A program made the translations under genes and the position numbers. 64,000 bases of DNA. It comes from Octopus sinensis. Taxonomy: Eukaryota. Under the pieces are notes generated by a model. The model was not told where the DNA came from, searched no databases, and saw only the letters and a program-made list of their open reading frames with translations. Positions 12,017-25,499 of the stretch are shown one piece after another. How positions within the stretch are numbered: the first letter of the stretch is position 1; the number at the start of each line of letters is the position of its first letter. The stretch is taken from assembly GCF_006345805.1 (NCBI RefSeq), contig NC_043002.1, positions 6,696,001-6,760,000 on the forward strand. The letters are read 5' to 3'.

Positions 12017-15000
12017 CTCCTTCTCACACACACCTACAAGCGCTCATACTCACACAGTCACCTATATAAGTGTGCACAAAGGCACATGTCGACTACTTGT
12101 GTATATAAAGGTATGGATATATATGAGTATATATATGTATATATATGTATATATATATGAGTATTTTTGCCTATGTATACAGAGAGAGGGAGGGAGAGAG
12201 AGAGAAAGAGAGTGAGAAATAGAGAGAGGAAAAGAGGGATAGAGAGTAATTTTATGTATATATATATGTTTGTATATTATACATACAAACCTACATACGT
12301 ACATGCATCCATTCGTGCGTGTTCTTGCTCTTGCTGCTATCATGCATTTGTTGAAAAGGATCATATTTTAATTGGGTGACAGTGACTAATGAATTTTAAA
12401 ATGATAATAAATATAAAAAATAACTTTCATTAGTTTATGAAATCTGATTTGATACTAATGAATAACATTATGAACAAAAATACAAAAAAATGAAGAAGGT
12501 AGGATGACAATGATAAAAGGAAGGAAAAATGAAGCTCGAAAAAGCCACTGAGCAAAAAATTTATTTGAACATGAGTAAGGATTTTAAAAAATTAATTTTA
12601 TTTATATGCACAAGTGATATGCATTTAATGAAAACACGTTTTCATTAAATGTACATCTTTCCCTTGAAGTGATATACATTCAATATATATATTTACACTA
12701 ACTCTACTTATATATTGTAAATGTTTATGATGCGTTTCGAAAGCTATGAAGAGTATGCTACTGAGATTAGCTATTTCCATTGTGCTAGTAGTATTGATTC
12801 TTTGACTGGATACACTTCGTTAAATTGTGAATTCCCTCTGTGAAGGCAGATGTCACACCTATTCCAGCCTACTGTATAACAACTAGAGAGCCTTCTATGT
12901 AGTTATCGACTAGCTAGATATAACAGCTAAATCACACTCACGTCATACGCTATTCTAATTTTTAAAAAAGGATGCATTAGAAAATTTAGTCCTAGAATAC
13001 TATTCCTTTGTTCTTGAAATTTTTTACTGTCATCAATCATTGGACTGCGGCCATACTAGTGCACACCTTTCAAGTGTGAAGGAATGAAAAGGTGATACAA
13101 AATTCTACTGAGCATGAATAGATCTAGCGGCCCTGAATCGAGATGGCTCTATGTACTTTCACGCACGCACCGATTATGTCATTTCCGGCCAATATGTGTG
13201 TATATGGGATAGAGGCAGCATGTGTGTTGTACTGTGTTTCTGACAATAAAATTTTAATCACAAGGCTTTGTTTTAACCGAGCTTAAGTAGAAAACATTTA
13301 TCCGAGGCCCTGCACAACGGGATCGAACCCATAACAACGTAAATTTAAAGCAAGCTGCTTAGTCACACATCGATGTCTGATTTCAGATGATAAAACGGTC
13401 CTGGATCGGAGGCGTCTTGGAGATCAAGAATAATCTGGGACTGAAAAACACCGTCAGATTGAGTATGCTAACACTAACTGGGTTAAAAGTAAAGACGAAA
13501 AAAAAAACCGAAAAAACTTCAAGCAAAATAATCCCGGAAACGAAACGTTTAAAAAGCAACAGAAAAAGTGAGATATTGGCGTTGGGGAATGGTGCAATAG
13601 AAAAGTGTAATCCACATTGCAAACTGAGACTTTGTTTCACAAATTCAAAGAACTGATCATTATTTTCACAGAAAAATGTGATAGTTCGATCAAGCGTAAC
13701 GATACTTTGAATAAAAGCTTAGTTCTGCACCAACAAACACAGATCATAGCAATTGATCGAATATTCGGACAAAACTTTTGCTTAATTATTTTCAATAATT
13801 CTTCAAACTCTCCTCTCATTTTCCACCTACCCGCAGCATATATATATATATATATATATATATCGTATTTCTCATTATCCGCATATGATATTTCATTTCA
13901 TCCGCACACTCAACCATTACTCGATAAAAGATTTAATCAATATTCCGTCCTTTCCAAAATTATTTTTCTTCTTTCATTAATAAAGTTACATCTTTACATA
14001 GATTCGTATTACATTTACTTTATATCTGTTTATTTGTCTGATTTACCCTTTATTTATTATGTCTTTATCTCTTATTTTAATCTATTTCTTTCGTTCTCTC
14101 GCTCCATATTTCATATTTTCGTTCATCTTTTCCTTTTCCAGTATGGTAATCGTTCTGATAATTTTAATGTATTTTCCTTTCTTCTTTTTCCGTCTCATTC
14201 ATTCTTTCATTCTCACTTTTCTTCAGGTTTTATCTTTTAATTTTAGTGAGTTTATATCAGCAACTGTGTTTATTTTTTGTGGCTTGTGGGAGGTAAAGAG
14301 ACATCCAATGCCATTCTAACTTCTAGATTGCTTGGAAAAAACCATGAAACCCATGCTCGTAGTTCTAATGCATGCAAAGAATGCGGTTTGGTTACAGACA
14401 AAAGACCCATGTAGGTAATTTAGATCTAGTCCCAAAATCTGTTGTTTCAACTAATAATTCCCCTCTTCTGATATAGTATCTAAAAATAGAACCTCATCTA
14501 AAATCCTTCTCTCTCCAAGTAAACACTTAATGGGAAGTTTAAGTCCAAAACTCGAAAGTAAGGAAACTTGGTTTTAAACTCAGCAGTTTCGATCAATTCT
14601 GATCTGTATTCGTTGTCAGTACCTACATACAAATTGAAAGTAGCTTGTAACTAAGGGTTTTTACCACGAATGTACAACAGGACTTATGATGGTATATAAA
14701 GGGCTCAAATTTTCACATGGTGAGTTCACATCTGGTTTGGCTACTTGTGTCCCTCTCGGATATATAATCAGTTCAACTAAAGTTTAAGGTTCTTCAGCGA
14801 AATAAAAATACATTACAGGGTGTGTTATTATTGTTGTTGTTGTTATCATCCTCATCATCATCTTTGTCGTCGCCGACATTGTTGTTGTTGTTGTTAATTG
14901 ATGCGCTTCATTGTTGCTTGTAGATTCTTGGAGTTTATTTTTCTCCGCGAATGAACTGTTGCGTCCAATCCCATTGCTCCCAAGCCTTCCTCCTCCTTCC

Positions 15001-15449
15001 ACGTAACCGCAGCCATCATCATTCTTTTTTGGCTTGATTGCCGACCGCCATCACCTCTCATATCGATCTCTTATATTCCTGTGTTAAGGCTTTCACTTTA
15101 TACACACCAGCTCAATTTGATTCATCCTCAGTCGAAAGACACCTGTTGTTATTTCTTGTTGTTTATATTTGTAATTGTGAACCATGTTTTCTGTTTTTTT
15201 GTCTTTGTTGTCGTATACATTCGCTAGCTTTCTTACAAAAAATATAATGCTCTTAGCTTAGACTTTTTGGGTGTGGGGGCAAAACTGTAAAGACATCTGG
15301 TAACTTGACTGACGAAAGAAGGCCACGAATGACCCCGCCTTTTTTTCCTGTTCATCTAATTGTTGTTTTGCCTGTCCGCCTTTGTATCGTCTGTCTGGAT
15401 GTTTTATTGTCCTCTATTGCATTTTTGTTCCATTATATATATATATATG

Positions 15450-15615
15450 ACGGGAAAGTTTACGAAAATAAACAAAAGACGAAGGCAGGTGGAGTACAAA
15501 CAAACAAGTGTATTAGTATAGCGCTCAGGAATAGAAATAGAAAAAGTCTTTTACGTTTCGAGCCTGCGCTCTTCGACAGAAAGATACACAGAAAAAAGAC
15601 AAGGAGAGAAAAATG
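15450..15615 (-). mobile_element. Short non-autonomous PLE-related element (family A) carrying a hammerhead
   Basis: Same sequence as 47082-47265, 29058-29217, 31672-31730 and the PLE 3' end at 21233-21400. Confidence 0.8.
15547..15584 (-). ncRNA. Minimal type-I hammerhead ribozyme, variant core CUGUCGA
   Basis: UCUUU-CUGUCGA-A-GAGC(GCAG)GCUC-GAAAC-GUA-AAAGA; stem I 5 bp, stem II 4 bp, palindromic ACGU stem III. Confidence 0.7.
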
Positions 15616-16095
15616 CGTGTGTATATATATATATATATATCAGTGTGTATGTATATATGTGTGTGTAGTGTATATATATCATACACTACGACCAACAAAC
15701 CTAACAAAGCCTAAATTTCAAGTTTTATTGTCATTTTGTAGTAATCATGGCTTCAGTTTAGTATCAATCTGACTTTTTTCTATACGACAGCTTTTGATAA
15801 TAATTAATTAATTAATTAAAAATTTCAGTAAAAATCTAAATATGTTATTTACATAGACTGACCTCGAAATGTAATCATAGCTGGATTAAAAATTCACGTT
15901 TAATAGCAATATTTTCCAGACATTAAACAGAGAATAGCATTTTGGTTGGCGTCATATTGTCACTGGGGCAGAAATATTTTCATTTCTATTAAATAGCATT
16001 ATATGTATATATGTATGTATGTGTATATATGCATGAGAGTGTATTATGTACATATATCATATATGACTAGCACTCATGCATATGTATACGCGAGA

Positions 16096-16132
<37 letters not shown>

Positions 16133-16317
16133 CATACATGGTAACGGCCGAAAACCAAACAAAACTAACGGGCAGTATGGTTCATATACATACACATACA
16201 TATATATGCGTGCGCACGCGTGTACGTATGTGTATTATGTATGTATTCATGTATGTATATGTGTGTATGTGTGTGTTTGTTGTTGTTCTTCTTCTTATTG
16301 TTGTTGTTGTTGTCGCT

Positions 16318-16510
16318 AAGGCAGCGAGCTGGCAGAATCATTAGCACGCTGGACGAAATGCTTAACAGAATTTCACTCGTCGCTGCGTTCTCAGTTCAAA
16401 TTCCGCCAAGATCGACTTTGCCTTTCATCCTTTCGGAGTCGGTAGATTAAGTACCAGTGAAAGCCTGGGGTCGATGTAATCGACCAATCCCTTCCTGCCA
16501 AATTTTAAGC
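16318..16510 (+). mobile_element. SINE family B-Meta monomer
   Basis: ggcagcgagctggcagaatcattagcacgc...gatcgactttgcctttcatcctttcggagtc...ggggtcgatgtaatcgac. Confidence 0.85.
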
Positions 16511-16529
16511 CTCTTAGCAAACGTTTAAT

Positions 16530-17975
16530 GCAACTGACAACAGAATGGGAGAATTCCTAGTTTTGTGAGACGAGATGCGGTAGCGTTGCTGAGAAAAGAC
16601 CCGAACAAGGGGGGTTGTTTTGACAACTTTAGGTCCATAACTCTGCTGAATGCAGAGTTCAAAACTTTGGCCAAGCTGTTGGCTACGAGGCTGGCGATTG
16701 TCGTCGGGGATCTGGTAGGGAAGGAACAGACATGTGCCATCCCGAAAAGAACCATCCACGACAACTTCCACCTTATGCGATACATCATTGAAAAAATGGC
16801 TAAAAAACATGGCACGGGTGGGGCCCTAATCAATTTAGGTCAGTCTAAAGCTTTTGATAGCATCGAACACCTGTACCTGGCGGCAGTCCTCAAAGTAGCT
16901 GGTTTCGGGCTTGCATTCAGAGGCTGGATCGCTGTAATGCACTGCAACATCTGTTCAGTGGTCAGATTGAACGGTCACCTCTCAGAGCCGTTCAACATAA
17001 TGCGCTCGGTTCGACAAAGTTGTCCCTTCTCGTCTTTCTTGTACATACTACTCGAGCAACTACTACACAAACTGGAAGCGTTGAGAGGCATCCCGCGTGA
17101 CCTAGGACATGGGAGATGCGTTTCAGCATATGCCGACGACGTCACCGTAGGGGTGTCGGATTATAAACACATAGAAATGATCGGCACCATTCTCAGGGAC
17201 TACAAGACGGTTTCAGGAGCGACAATTAACCAGAAAATGAGTGGGCTTGCGGCTCGGCACCTGGAGAAGCAAGTCCAATCCATACAACTGCGTCGTTAGA
17301 TGCTGGACGGATGGACCGGTTAAATTGCTCGGGGTCTGGTTCGGTTCGGACCTCCAGATGGACAAAAACTGGGACGATGTAAGGAGCGGGGTGAATACTC
17401 TCACCCAGAAATGGGCCGAGAGAAAGCTACCCCTGAAAGGTCAGGCAGAGGTGGCTAACACGTACATCACGTATGTCATCTACTATCGTTTGACCCTTGC
17501 GCCTTGTCCTGGCCACCGTCTGCTTACGCTGCAGTGTATACTCTTCCGCTTCTTATGGAAGTGTGTCCGATGGTCAGGCGTTCTATCTGCTGTCAACACC
17601 CGCTGCGTGATGGTCTGTGCATGCTGTGGCTGGTGATACGCAGGCATGTGTTGAGGTTACGACATCTCTAGTGCTTCCTTCACTGTGAACAGGTGTGGTC
17701 ACCGTTCGCCAGAAACGCATTTCCGTGGCTACTTTCTTTAACGGAGCTGCATTCCTGAGTAAAACAGAGACCGAGGGGGAGCTTTCGGAAAGTTGAATGT
17801 CTTCAAGCGCTTACAGTCCTCAGCCAATCGGACATTGCAATTGGTGGGACGTCCACTTTAACCTTTTATAAAGGATTAGTGGAACAAAAGTGCGACGACG
17901 TTCTTGGGGAGACCTTAGGCTAGTTGCTCTTTTCCGAAGAACTTTCGGGCCGGTACAAATGGATAAATTCCAAGT
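16530..17975 (+). pseudogene. Tx1/L1-clade LINE ORF2 fragment (reverse transcriptase and downstream region)
   Basis: ORF 16565-17299: FRSITLLNAEFKTLAK..EQTCAIPKRTIHDN..QSKAFDSIEH..SVRQSCPFS..YADDVT (RT motifs); continues with frameshifts to LGVWFG, FRRTFGPVQMDKFQ. Confidence 0.9.
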
Positions 17976-18149
17976 TGTATTTTGCTTTCGACTCTTTCGG
18001 GATCGACAAAATAAAGTACTACTCAAGCACGAAGTTCGATGTAAACGACTTGTGCCTAAAAGAGAGACCGTTATTACTACACGTATTTGATTTGAGAATT
18101 AGTGTGACATTCATCTTTATTTCTTGTGAAATCGCTACTTGTTAAAAAA

Positions 18150-18240
18150 CCCAAAGAATTTGAACTTAGAATGTAAAGACGGGAGAAATACCGCCAAGCA
18201 TTTCGTCCAGCGTGCTAACGATTCAGTTGATAGCCACCCC
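18150..18240 (-). mobile_element. SINE family B-Meta head fragment
   Basis: rc: gaatcgttagcacgctggacgaaatgcttggcggtatttctcccgtctttacattctaagttcaaattc. Confidence 0.7.
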
Positions 18241-18415
18241 ACACGCGGCAGCAGGTGTTCAACTTACACTCAGAAGTCAGCAATGCTCGGGCACTGGATG
18301 AGTGCATGCAGGAACGTCTAGTCGTCCTGAACGCATCTCGGATATGCTCGGCTGACGGCACTTCCGTGCCTGTAAAGTTTACCTTGAACAAGGAAAGCTC
18401 CCCAGTAACACAGCT

Positions 18416-18791
18416 AGTATTTCGTCTGTCTTTATGTTTTGAGTTCAAGTTCCGCCGAGGTCGACTTTGCCTTTCATCCTTTCGGGGTCGATAAATTAAG
18501 TACCAGTTACGCACTGGGGTCGATGTAATCGACTTAATACCTATGTCTGTCCTTGTTTGTCCCCTCTGTGTTTAGCCCCTTGTGGGTAATAAAGAAATAG
18601 AAATAGGTATTTCGTCTGCCGTTACGTTCTGAGTTCAAATTCCGCCGAGGTCGACTTTGCCTTTCATCCTTTCGGGGTCGATAAATTAAGTACTAGTTAC
18701 GCACTGGGGTCGATGTAATCGATTTAATCCGTTTGTCTGTCCTTGTTTGTCCTCTCTATGTTTAGCCCCTTGTCGGTAATAAAGAAATAGG
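18416..18791 (+). mobile_element. Dimeric SINE family B-Meta, head missing
   Basis: Two tandem units with junction aaagaaatag(aaatag)gtatttcgtctgcc at ~18591-18620. Confidence 0.85.
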
Positions 18792-18812
18792 GAGAATACT
18801 ACAAAGATGAAA

Positions 18813-19022
18813 GAAGGCGACGAACAGGCAGAATCGTTAGCATGCCAGACAAAATGCTTGGCGGCATTTCGTACGGTTTTACGTTCAAATTCTCTTCAGG
18901 TCGACTTTGCCTTTTATCCTTTCGGGATCAATAAAAATAACTACCATTTGTGTACTAGGATCGATGTAATCAACTTATCTCCTCCTCGCTTTTGCTGGCC
19001 TTGTACCAAAATTTGAAATCAA
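18813..19022 (+). mobile_element. SINE family B-Meta monomer (older subfamily)
   Basis: Head gaaggcgacgaacaggcagaatcgttagc, core gtcgactttgccttttatcctttcggg, tail gccttgtaccaaaatttgaaat. Confidence 0.75.
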
Positions 19023-19296
19023 TATCATACAGATGAAAGATTGTACTTATAGTTATGGTGATGATGATGATGATGTTGACAACGACGGCGGCGATGTTGC
19101 CGAAGATGATGTTGTCGAAGAGAAGGGAGAGCTGTAAGATAGGGAAATGTTATCGTAATAATGAAGGGTAGAGGCAAGGGGGTGCTTTCTCCCGTATCAT
19201 CTATTTAAGTAAGGAATTCAATATTTATCTTTATACTAACACGTACACATACATACACATGTATATATCTGCATGTGTGTGTGTTTGTGTTTCATG

Positions 19297-19400
19297 TGTA
19301 TGCGTATATGTTGAGTACATGTATGCGTATATGTTGAGTACATGTATGCGTATATGTTGAGTACATGTATGCGTATATGTTGAGTACATGTATGCGTATA
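19297..19400 (+). repeat. 23-bp minisatellite, 4.5 perfect copies
   Basis: Unit tgtatgcgtatatgttgagtaca. Confidence 0.95.
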
Positions 19401-19604
19401 TATAAGTGTTTCTGAGAGAGGAAAGGCAGACATATGTACAATGAGCAACAATTATCAAACACAAAAAAAAATTAACCATACCCGTCTTGCTAACCCTGTG
19501 TATATGTAAGTGCGTGTGTGTGTGTGTGTATGTGTGAGTGTGTGTGCGTGTAAATGCGCGTGTATATGTGTATTTACATACATACGCATATTCATATACA
19601 TACG

Positions 19605-19635
<31 letters not shown>

Positions 19636-21232
19636 ATGTACGCATAGTCACATGCAAACATACATACACAAACACACATACATACATATACATATACGTA
19701 CATACACACGCATACGTATATACATATACACATACGTATATAAACACACACACACATACATACACACATACATAAATACATACATACATACATACATACA
19801 TACATACACACATATATATATCACAACATGAATGATAACAGCACGTCTTGTTAAGAATTACTTAACCATTACATTCAAAAATAAGAATATGAAATGGAAT
19901 ATATTTTTTCGGGAAGTCCTCTACGGTCTATAAAATAAATTTAATGCAACGTCTGTCAGAAGATACTGACACTGGTAGACGTCATAACACTGTAATTACA
20001 GTTCTTCTTATTGTTGTACCCGTATATCCTTGAACTTTCACTTCCTGGCGCGAAATATTCCACTTAAGACCAAGCAACTTTTCAAAATAACTTGCGCTCC
20101 AATACTTAATACATAAATATTTGTGTTCAAACTACAAGACTAACAAGCATGTGTGTATGTGTGTGTGTGTGTGTGTGCATATATGTTTATTTGTATGTAC
20201 ATATTTATCTTTCTCTCATTCCTTCTCTCTCCGTCTGTGTTCGTGTATATATATATTCTCTTATTCTTTTAGTGGTTTCAGCCTTGAGGTTGTGGCCATC
20301 AGTACCATACGATATGGATTCAGAGGCTTGTATGGCTACCATAGTAAGCTCCTCTTAAGGACTCAGCTATCAGTCCAAGTAGTAAACCATTAGTAATCCA
20401 AAGTAGAGTAATGTCAAATAACAATATACATGAAGATTTAAAAAATCCAAGCGATAAAAGGAGTATTTGAAAATATAAAATCATGAGGAGTATATAAAAA
20501 TATAAAATCATAAGATTTGATAGGTGAAAATATGATTATTTAACCACGGGACTTGCATGAGAATTGTCACTATCTACGTAAAGTATTAATTTCAGTATGC
20601 AACAAATTATGCCGATATCTTTGTTTTAATATGCATGCTTAGCTTTATACAGTAGAATTGTACATGTACAAATTAATGCAAATAAAGAAAGCTAGCTCAT
20701 CAGATGATCAACTCACTGGACTTATAATTTGTTCAATAGAGAGTGGCTTGTGGTTTAACGCAGCGCCGTTATATACATGTTTATTAAATGGTACGCTTAC
20801 TTACAATGTGAGCGTACACACGCACACCATCAACATATAACTTGAAGCGAAAGTAAAATGTAAATGTTAGACCTTGTGAATCATCTAACGTCACCTGACG
20901 AGGCCTTTTTTCACTGCGCGTTGCATCTGGTGTTATTACATAGTTCCACGCTCACTAGGGAGCAATGCAGAATGAAACCAAAACGATTGTTGTGCTAATA
21001 AATTTTTCTACTTATACTATGTCTTGTATATAAATCTTTTAAAATATACCCTTTGTGCACCTCAGAATTTCGGACGTAGATTGCGCGAGAAACACAGGTG
21101 GTGACACCTGGCAGCCATAAATGATGGACGTGCTCTGCAGGTACACTGAAACAAGGTTTGGATACTGCATTTGATACCTACTTTCTTGACCGTAATTCTT
21201 TAATTCTAAATTTGACTTATATATATATATAT

Positions 21233-23490
21233 GTAGTGAGAATTAAAAAAAAAAAGACGAAGACGTGTGTGCAAACAACAAACAGATGTATTAGTTTAAC
21301 GCTCGGGAAGTGAGAAAGTCTTTTACGTTTCGAGCCTACGCTCTTCGACAGAAAGGAACAGAGAAATAAACAGTGAGAGAAAATAGAAAAATAGAAAATA
21401 GTGGCTAGCGATCTATCATGGCGAATACCGGACAGAGGGGTCACACAGGAGAGCTAGGAAAAAAGAGAGATAATAAATAGTGGTGATCCCAAAACGAAGA
21501 TGCTTGTGCGTGTGCATGTGAGAGCGTGTATGTGCGTGTGGAAGGGGGCTGGTGACCTTGACGTGTGCGTGTGTGCATGTACAGGTGTGTCGATGATGGT
21601 GTGGGGTTGGGAAGTGGTCAGTGCTAGTGTGTACCGGGTGGTGTGATGTGGTATGGTGGTGTGTGGTTTCTTGGTGTGGTGGTGTGTGGTGTGGTGGTGT
21701 TGGGCTGTGGAGATGTGGGGGTGAGAATGGGGGAAGCAAGTGTTGGGTCTAAGGGATGGGGTGCGGTGGCATGGAATGTATAAGGATGGTGAGTTTGGAA
21801 TGTGTAGAGGTAGGGTAACGAGTGAGTGGTGACGACGAAGAGAGAGAGGGGAAGGGAGAAGATGGGTAGGAGTGAAGAGAGGAAGTAGGTGCCAGGGCAA
21901 GAGAAGAGGTGGGTGGGAGGAAGTAGGTGTGAGAGGAAGAAAGGAGAGAGGAGGAAGGTTAGATGAGGAGGGAAGGAGATTTGAGCTTGTGGCGCAAAGG
22001 AGCGAAGAGAGAAGATTAATCCCTGCTCACTGCGATGACGGGAATCCGGATGGCCACTGTGCAAGGACAATCCGAACACAGACAGGTGTTGTAAAGAGTG
22101 ACCGGTAAAGTGGAAATGGTGTGAGACCGGGATGTCGTTGCCGAGTCGGATGTCTCGGAGGTGTTCTGCGAACCGGTCACCTACGTCGTCCCGTTTGACT
22201 GATGTATAGAGAAGGACAGAGAGAGCAGGAGATGCAGTAGATGACATTGCTAGAAGTGCAGGTGAAAGAGTCAGTGATATGATAGGGTCGATGATGGGTG
22301 CCTGTGAGGAGGTTGGTGTAGGAGAGACAAGGGCAAGTGCGGCAGTGTGGGCGGGAGCAGGGGAACGAGCCGTTTGGGAGGTTGGGGTAGAGAAGAAGCT
22401 GTGGACCAAGAGGTCTCGTAGGTTGAGGGCTCGTTTGAAGGAGGGGAGGGGTCGTTTAGGGAAGATGTGCGAAGCGGAGGTGTCAGACTGGAGTCGCCAG
22501 AAGGCTCGGAGAATGGTGCGTTGGAGAAGTAGGGTGCTGGGGTGGTAGGTGAGGAGAAACGGGAGACAGGTGGCGGCGGGACGAGTGTGGAAGTGCTAAG
22601 GCAAGGGTGCTGTGGATAGTGGTGAAGGGATATCAACGTAGGATGAAGTGACGAGCCATGAGTAGAGACTGAGTCTCAAAGTCATGGTCAAAGCCTGCGT
22701 AGACGGAGGAATTGGAAATAGGGGATGGTGTATTTAGGGTGAGAAAAGGAGAAGTTCAGGTATGAGTGTGAGTCTGTGTGTTTGTAATGGATGGAGGTGC
22801 TGAGAGTGGAGTGATGAATACTGACCGAAATATCGAGAAAGGCACCTGAGGTGTCGGTAATAGTGCAGAAGTGGAGGGCAGGATGGAAAGATTTGACAAA
22901 AGAGAGGAAAGAGTCTAGATGTTCGTGGGAGAGTGAGGTCGAGCCGAAACAGGTCAATATAACGACCGTATCGTTCAGGAGTGGGACCAGTAAAACTTGA
23001 GAATAGGTTCGCATAGTTGGAACCCATTCTCGTTCCCATGGCCACTCCCAAGAATTGCTGGTAAAAATCACACGCGAACGAGAAGCAGTTAAGTGAGAGG
23101 ACAAGTTCGGCCAGACGAAGGAGTGTGGATGTGTCAGATTGGGGGTTGGGTCGAATGCCAAGAAAAAATTGGAGTGCAGGCAGCACCTCGTGGTGAGGGA
23201 TCACTATGTATAGACTCTTGATGTCAAGAGTAAAGAAAAGTTTAGAGGGGCCAGGGGGGAAGGGGAAAGAGCTGAACAAACGAAGAGCATGGTTGGTGTC
23301 ATGGATGTAAAAGGGGAGGGAAGCCACTAGGGAGGCAAGGGGACGGTCAAGATATCTGGGGATGAGTTCGGTGCGGCAGTTGCAGGCGAAGACGATGGGG
23401 CGGCCAGGGTTGTTAGGTTTGTGGATTTAGGGGAAGGAAGTAAATTGTGGGGGTGCGGACAATGAGGTTAGAGGCGGCGGGGGAAGAAAA
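21233..23490 (-). mobile_element. 5'-truncated Penelope-like retroelement (RT + GIY-YIG + 3' UTR with hammerhead)
   Basis: Minus strand: KIHKPNNPGRPIVFACNC; LFFTLDIKSLYIVIPH; FYQQFLGVAMGTRMGSNYANLF; SIHYKHTDSHSYLNF..HPK..IPYFQFLRLRRL; DRFAEHLRDIRLGNDIPVSHHFHFTGHS..EQGLIFSLRSFAPQ; several frameshifts. Confidence 0.9.
21320..21355 (-). ncRNA. Minimal type-I hammerhead, variant core CUGUCGA, in PLE 3' UTR
   Basis: CUUU-CUGUCGA-A-GAGC(GUAG)GCUC-GAAAC-GUA-AAAG on the same strand as the PLE ORF. Confidence 0.75.
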
Positions 23491-23847
23491 TATTAAGCGG
23501 TATTTTTTTTTCCTTGTTTACATTCTGATTCTAAATTCTAGCAGGATTGCCTTCTATTTTTTCAGGATGAATAAAATAAGGTCCTGTCCAGCACTAGGCT
23601 CATCGATGTAATCTAGTTACCCCTTCGCCATTATTTCAGGCTTTGTACCTATAGTTGAAATGAATGATGAATGTACACAAATGTACGCGCACACACGCAC
23701 CTACACACACATACTCACAGACACACACACTTACACACACACACATCCATAATACCACAAAAGTTTTATGATTAATATTCCTGGAATCGAAAATTGCTCA
23801 AAGTTTCGAAATTCTAGTATTTTAATCATACTTTTAAATGTTGTATG

Positions 23848-23906
<59 letters not shown>

Positions 23907-23974
23907 ATGTATATATATATGTATGTATGTGTGTGTATATATATATACATAATATATAACACATATAATATATA

Positions 23975-24012
<38 letters not shown>

Positions 24013-24041
24013 AATATATATATATATAATCATACATATAA

Positions 24042-24073
<32 letters not shown>

Positions 24074-24109
24074 CTATATATATAATAACATATATATATA
24101 TACACATAT

Positions 24110-24154
<45 letters not shown>

Positions 24155-25083
24155 TCATATATACACATATATATATATTATGTATGTATATATGCACGTA
24201 ATACGTATGTATATATGTTGCATTTATATTTGTATTTATATTTAGTGCCATCAATTTTATTATTTTTCTGTTATTAAAATATATATATATATATATACAC
24301 ATATCATTATTTTTTAATATACGTCGCTTCAGACATCAAGAAACTAACAATAAAGAGGGTATGGGGGGAAAAAATGCAAAATTCATGTTGGCTTAACTAA
24401 ATATCAACTTATCGATTGATTTGGATGGTTTAACAGTTCAGCGTTGTTTAACAAATGGAAGTGGGCATAGTGAGACAACTTTCCCCCCCGAGTTGGGTTT
24501 CGATTCCTTTAGTTCTTAGAAACCATTTCAATACATTGTTGGAACAAATGTTTTACAGTTGGATGCTCTTCTCAACATCAGCTACTGAACCATAAAAAGG
24601 GTGTGGTATCCAATTTTCAGCTAGGTAGATTAAGGGGAGTAGTGTAATTTGTATTCCCTACAAAACGGAAAAGCGAAAGACAATTCTGGTCTGTGGATTT
24701 ATTAATTCACGTGACCTACTGCTCAACTGTGCAATGCTATCACCACTTTGGCACCTGCACTTTGTTTATTGCACTTCTTTATATATTTACTTGTGTGTTA
24801 TTCGTTTTATTTTTGTCGGATTTGAAGTATTACTACTGCTAAAGTTATTTACAAAATACATTTATCATTAATAATTTCAATCATTAGGTGCACTGGCAGA
24901 AGGCATGACAAAGCCAGAAATCGGCTCCAGTACTTGGCTGGTACTTTGAGCGTTCGATACTGAAAGGATGAAAGGCACGACTGAGCGTGGTGGGATTTGA
25001 ATTCAAAATATTAAAATCCATAATTAATTCTGTAAAAATGCTTTCCAACGCTCAATTTAGTACCTTAATACTAATTTAGTACC

Positions 25084-25165
<82 letters not shown>

Positions 25166-25199
25166 TATGATGATGATAATGATAATAATAATGATGATA

Positions 25200-25252
<53 letters not shown>

Positions 25253-25261
25253 AATAATAAT

Positions 25262-25420
25262 AATAATCCTTTCTAGAAAAGGCACAAATTCTGAAATCTG
25301 TTGGTGCAGGGGGAAGTCGATTGCATCGATCACAGTACTCAACTGGTACTTAATTTATCGACATCGAAAGGATGAAAGGCGAAGTCAACCACGGCAGATT
25401 TTGAACTGGTACGTTGAACC
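25262..25420 (-). mobile_element. SINE family B-Meta fragment; tail abuts (TAA)n/(TGA)n array at 25085-25268
   Basis: actggtacttaatttatcgacatcgaaaggatgaaaggcgaagtcaacc. Confidence 0.75.
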
Positions 25421-25499
25421 TCGGCACAATTTGAACTGGTACGTTATACGTATTGAGAAGAACATTGTCGCTGTAAGAACGATTACAACCCAAATAAAT

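Noticed and set aside
12622-12651. 14-bp AT-rich palindrome
   Set aside because: Short and AT-rich; plausible by chance in this composition
13387-13656. ORF preceded by an acceptor-like ttcAG
   Set aside because: No downstream GT donor, and low-complexity K-rich translation
14784-15100. GC-richer ORF-like segment
   Set aside because: Alternative-start ORF running into (AAC)/(ATG) repeats; no splice signals or homology recognised
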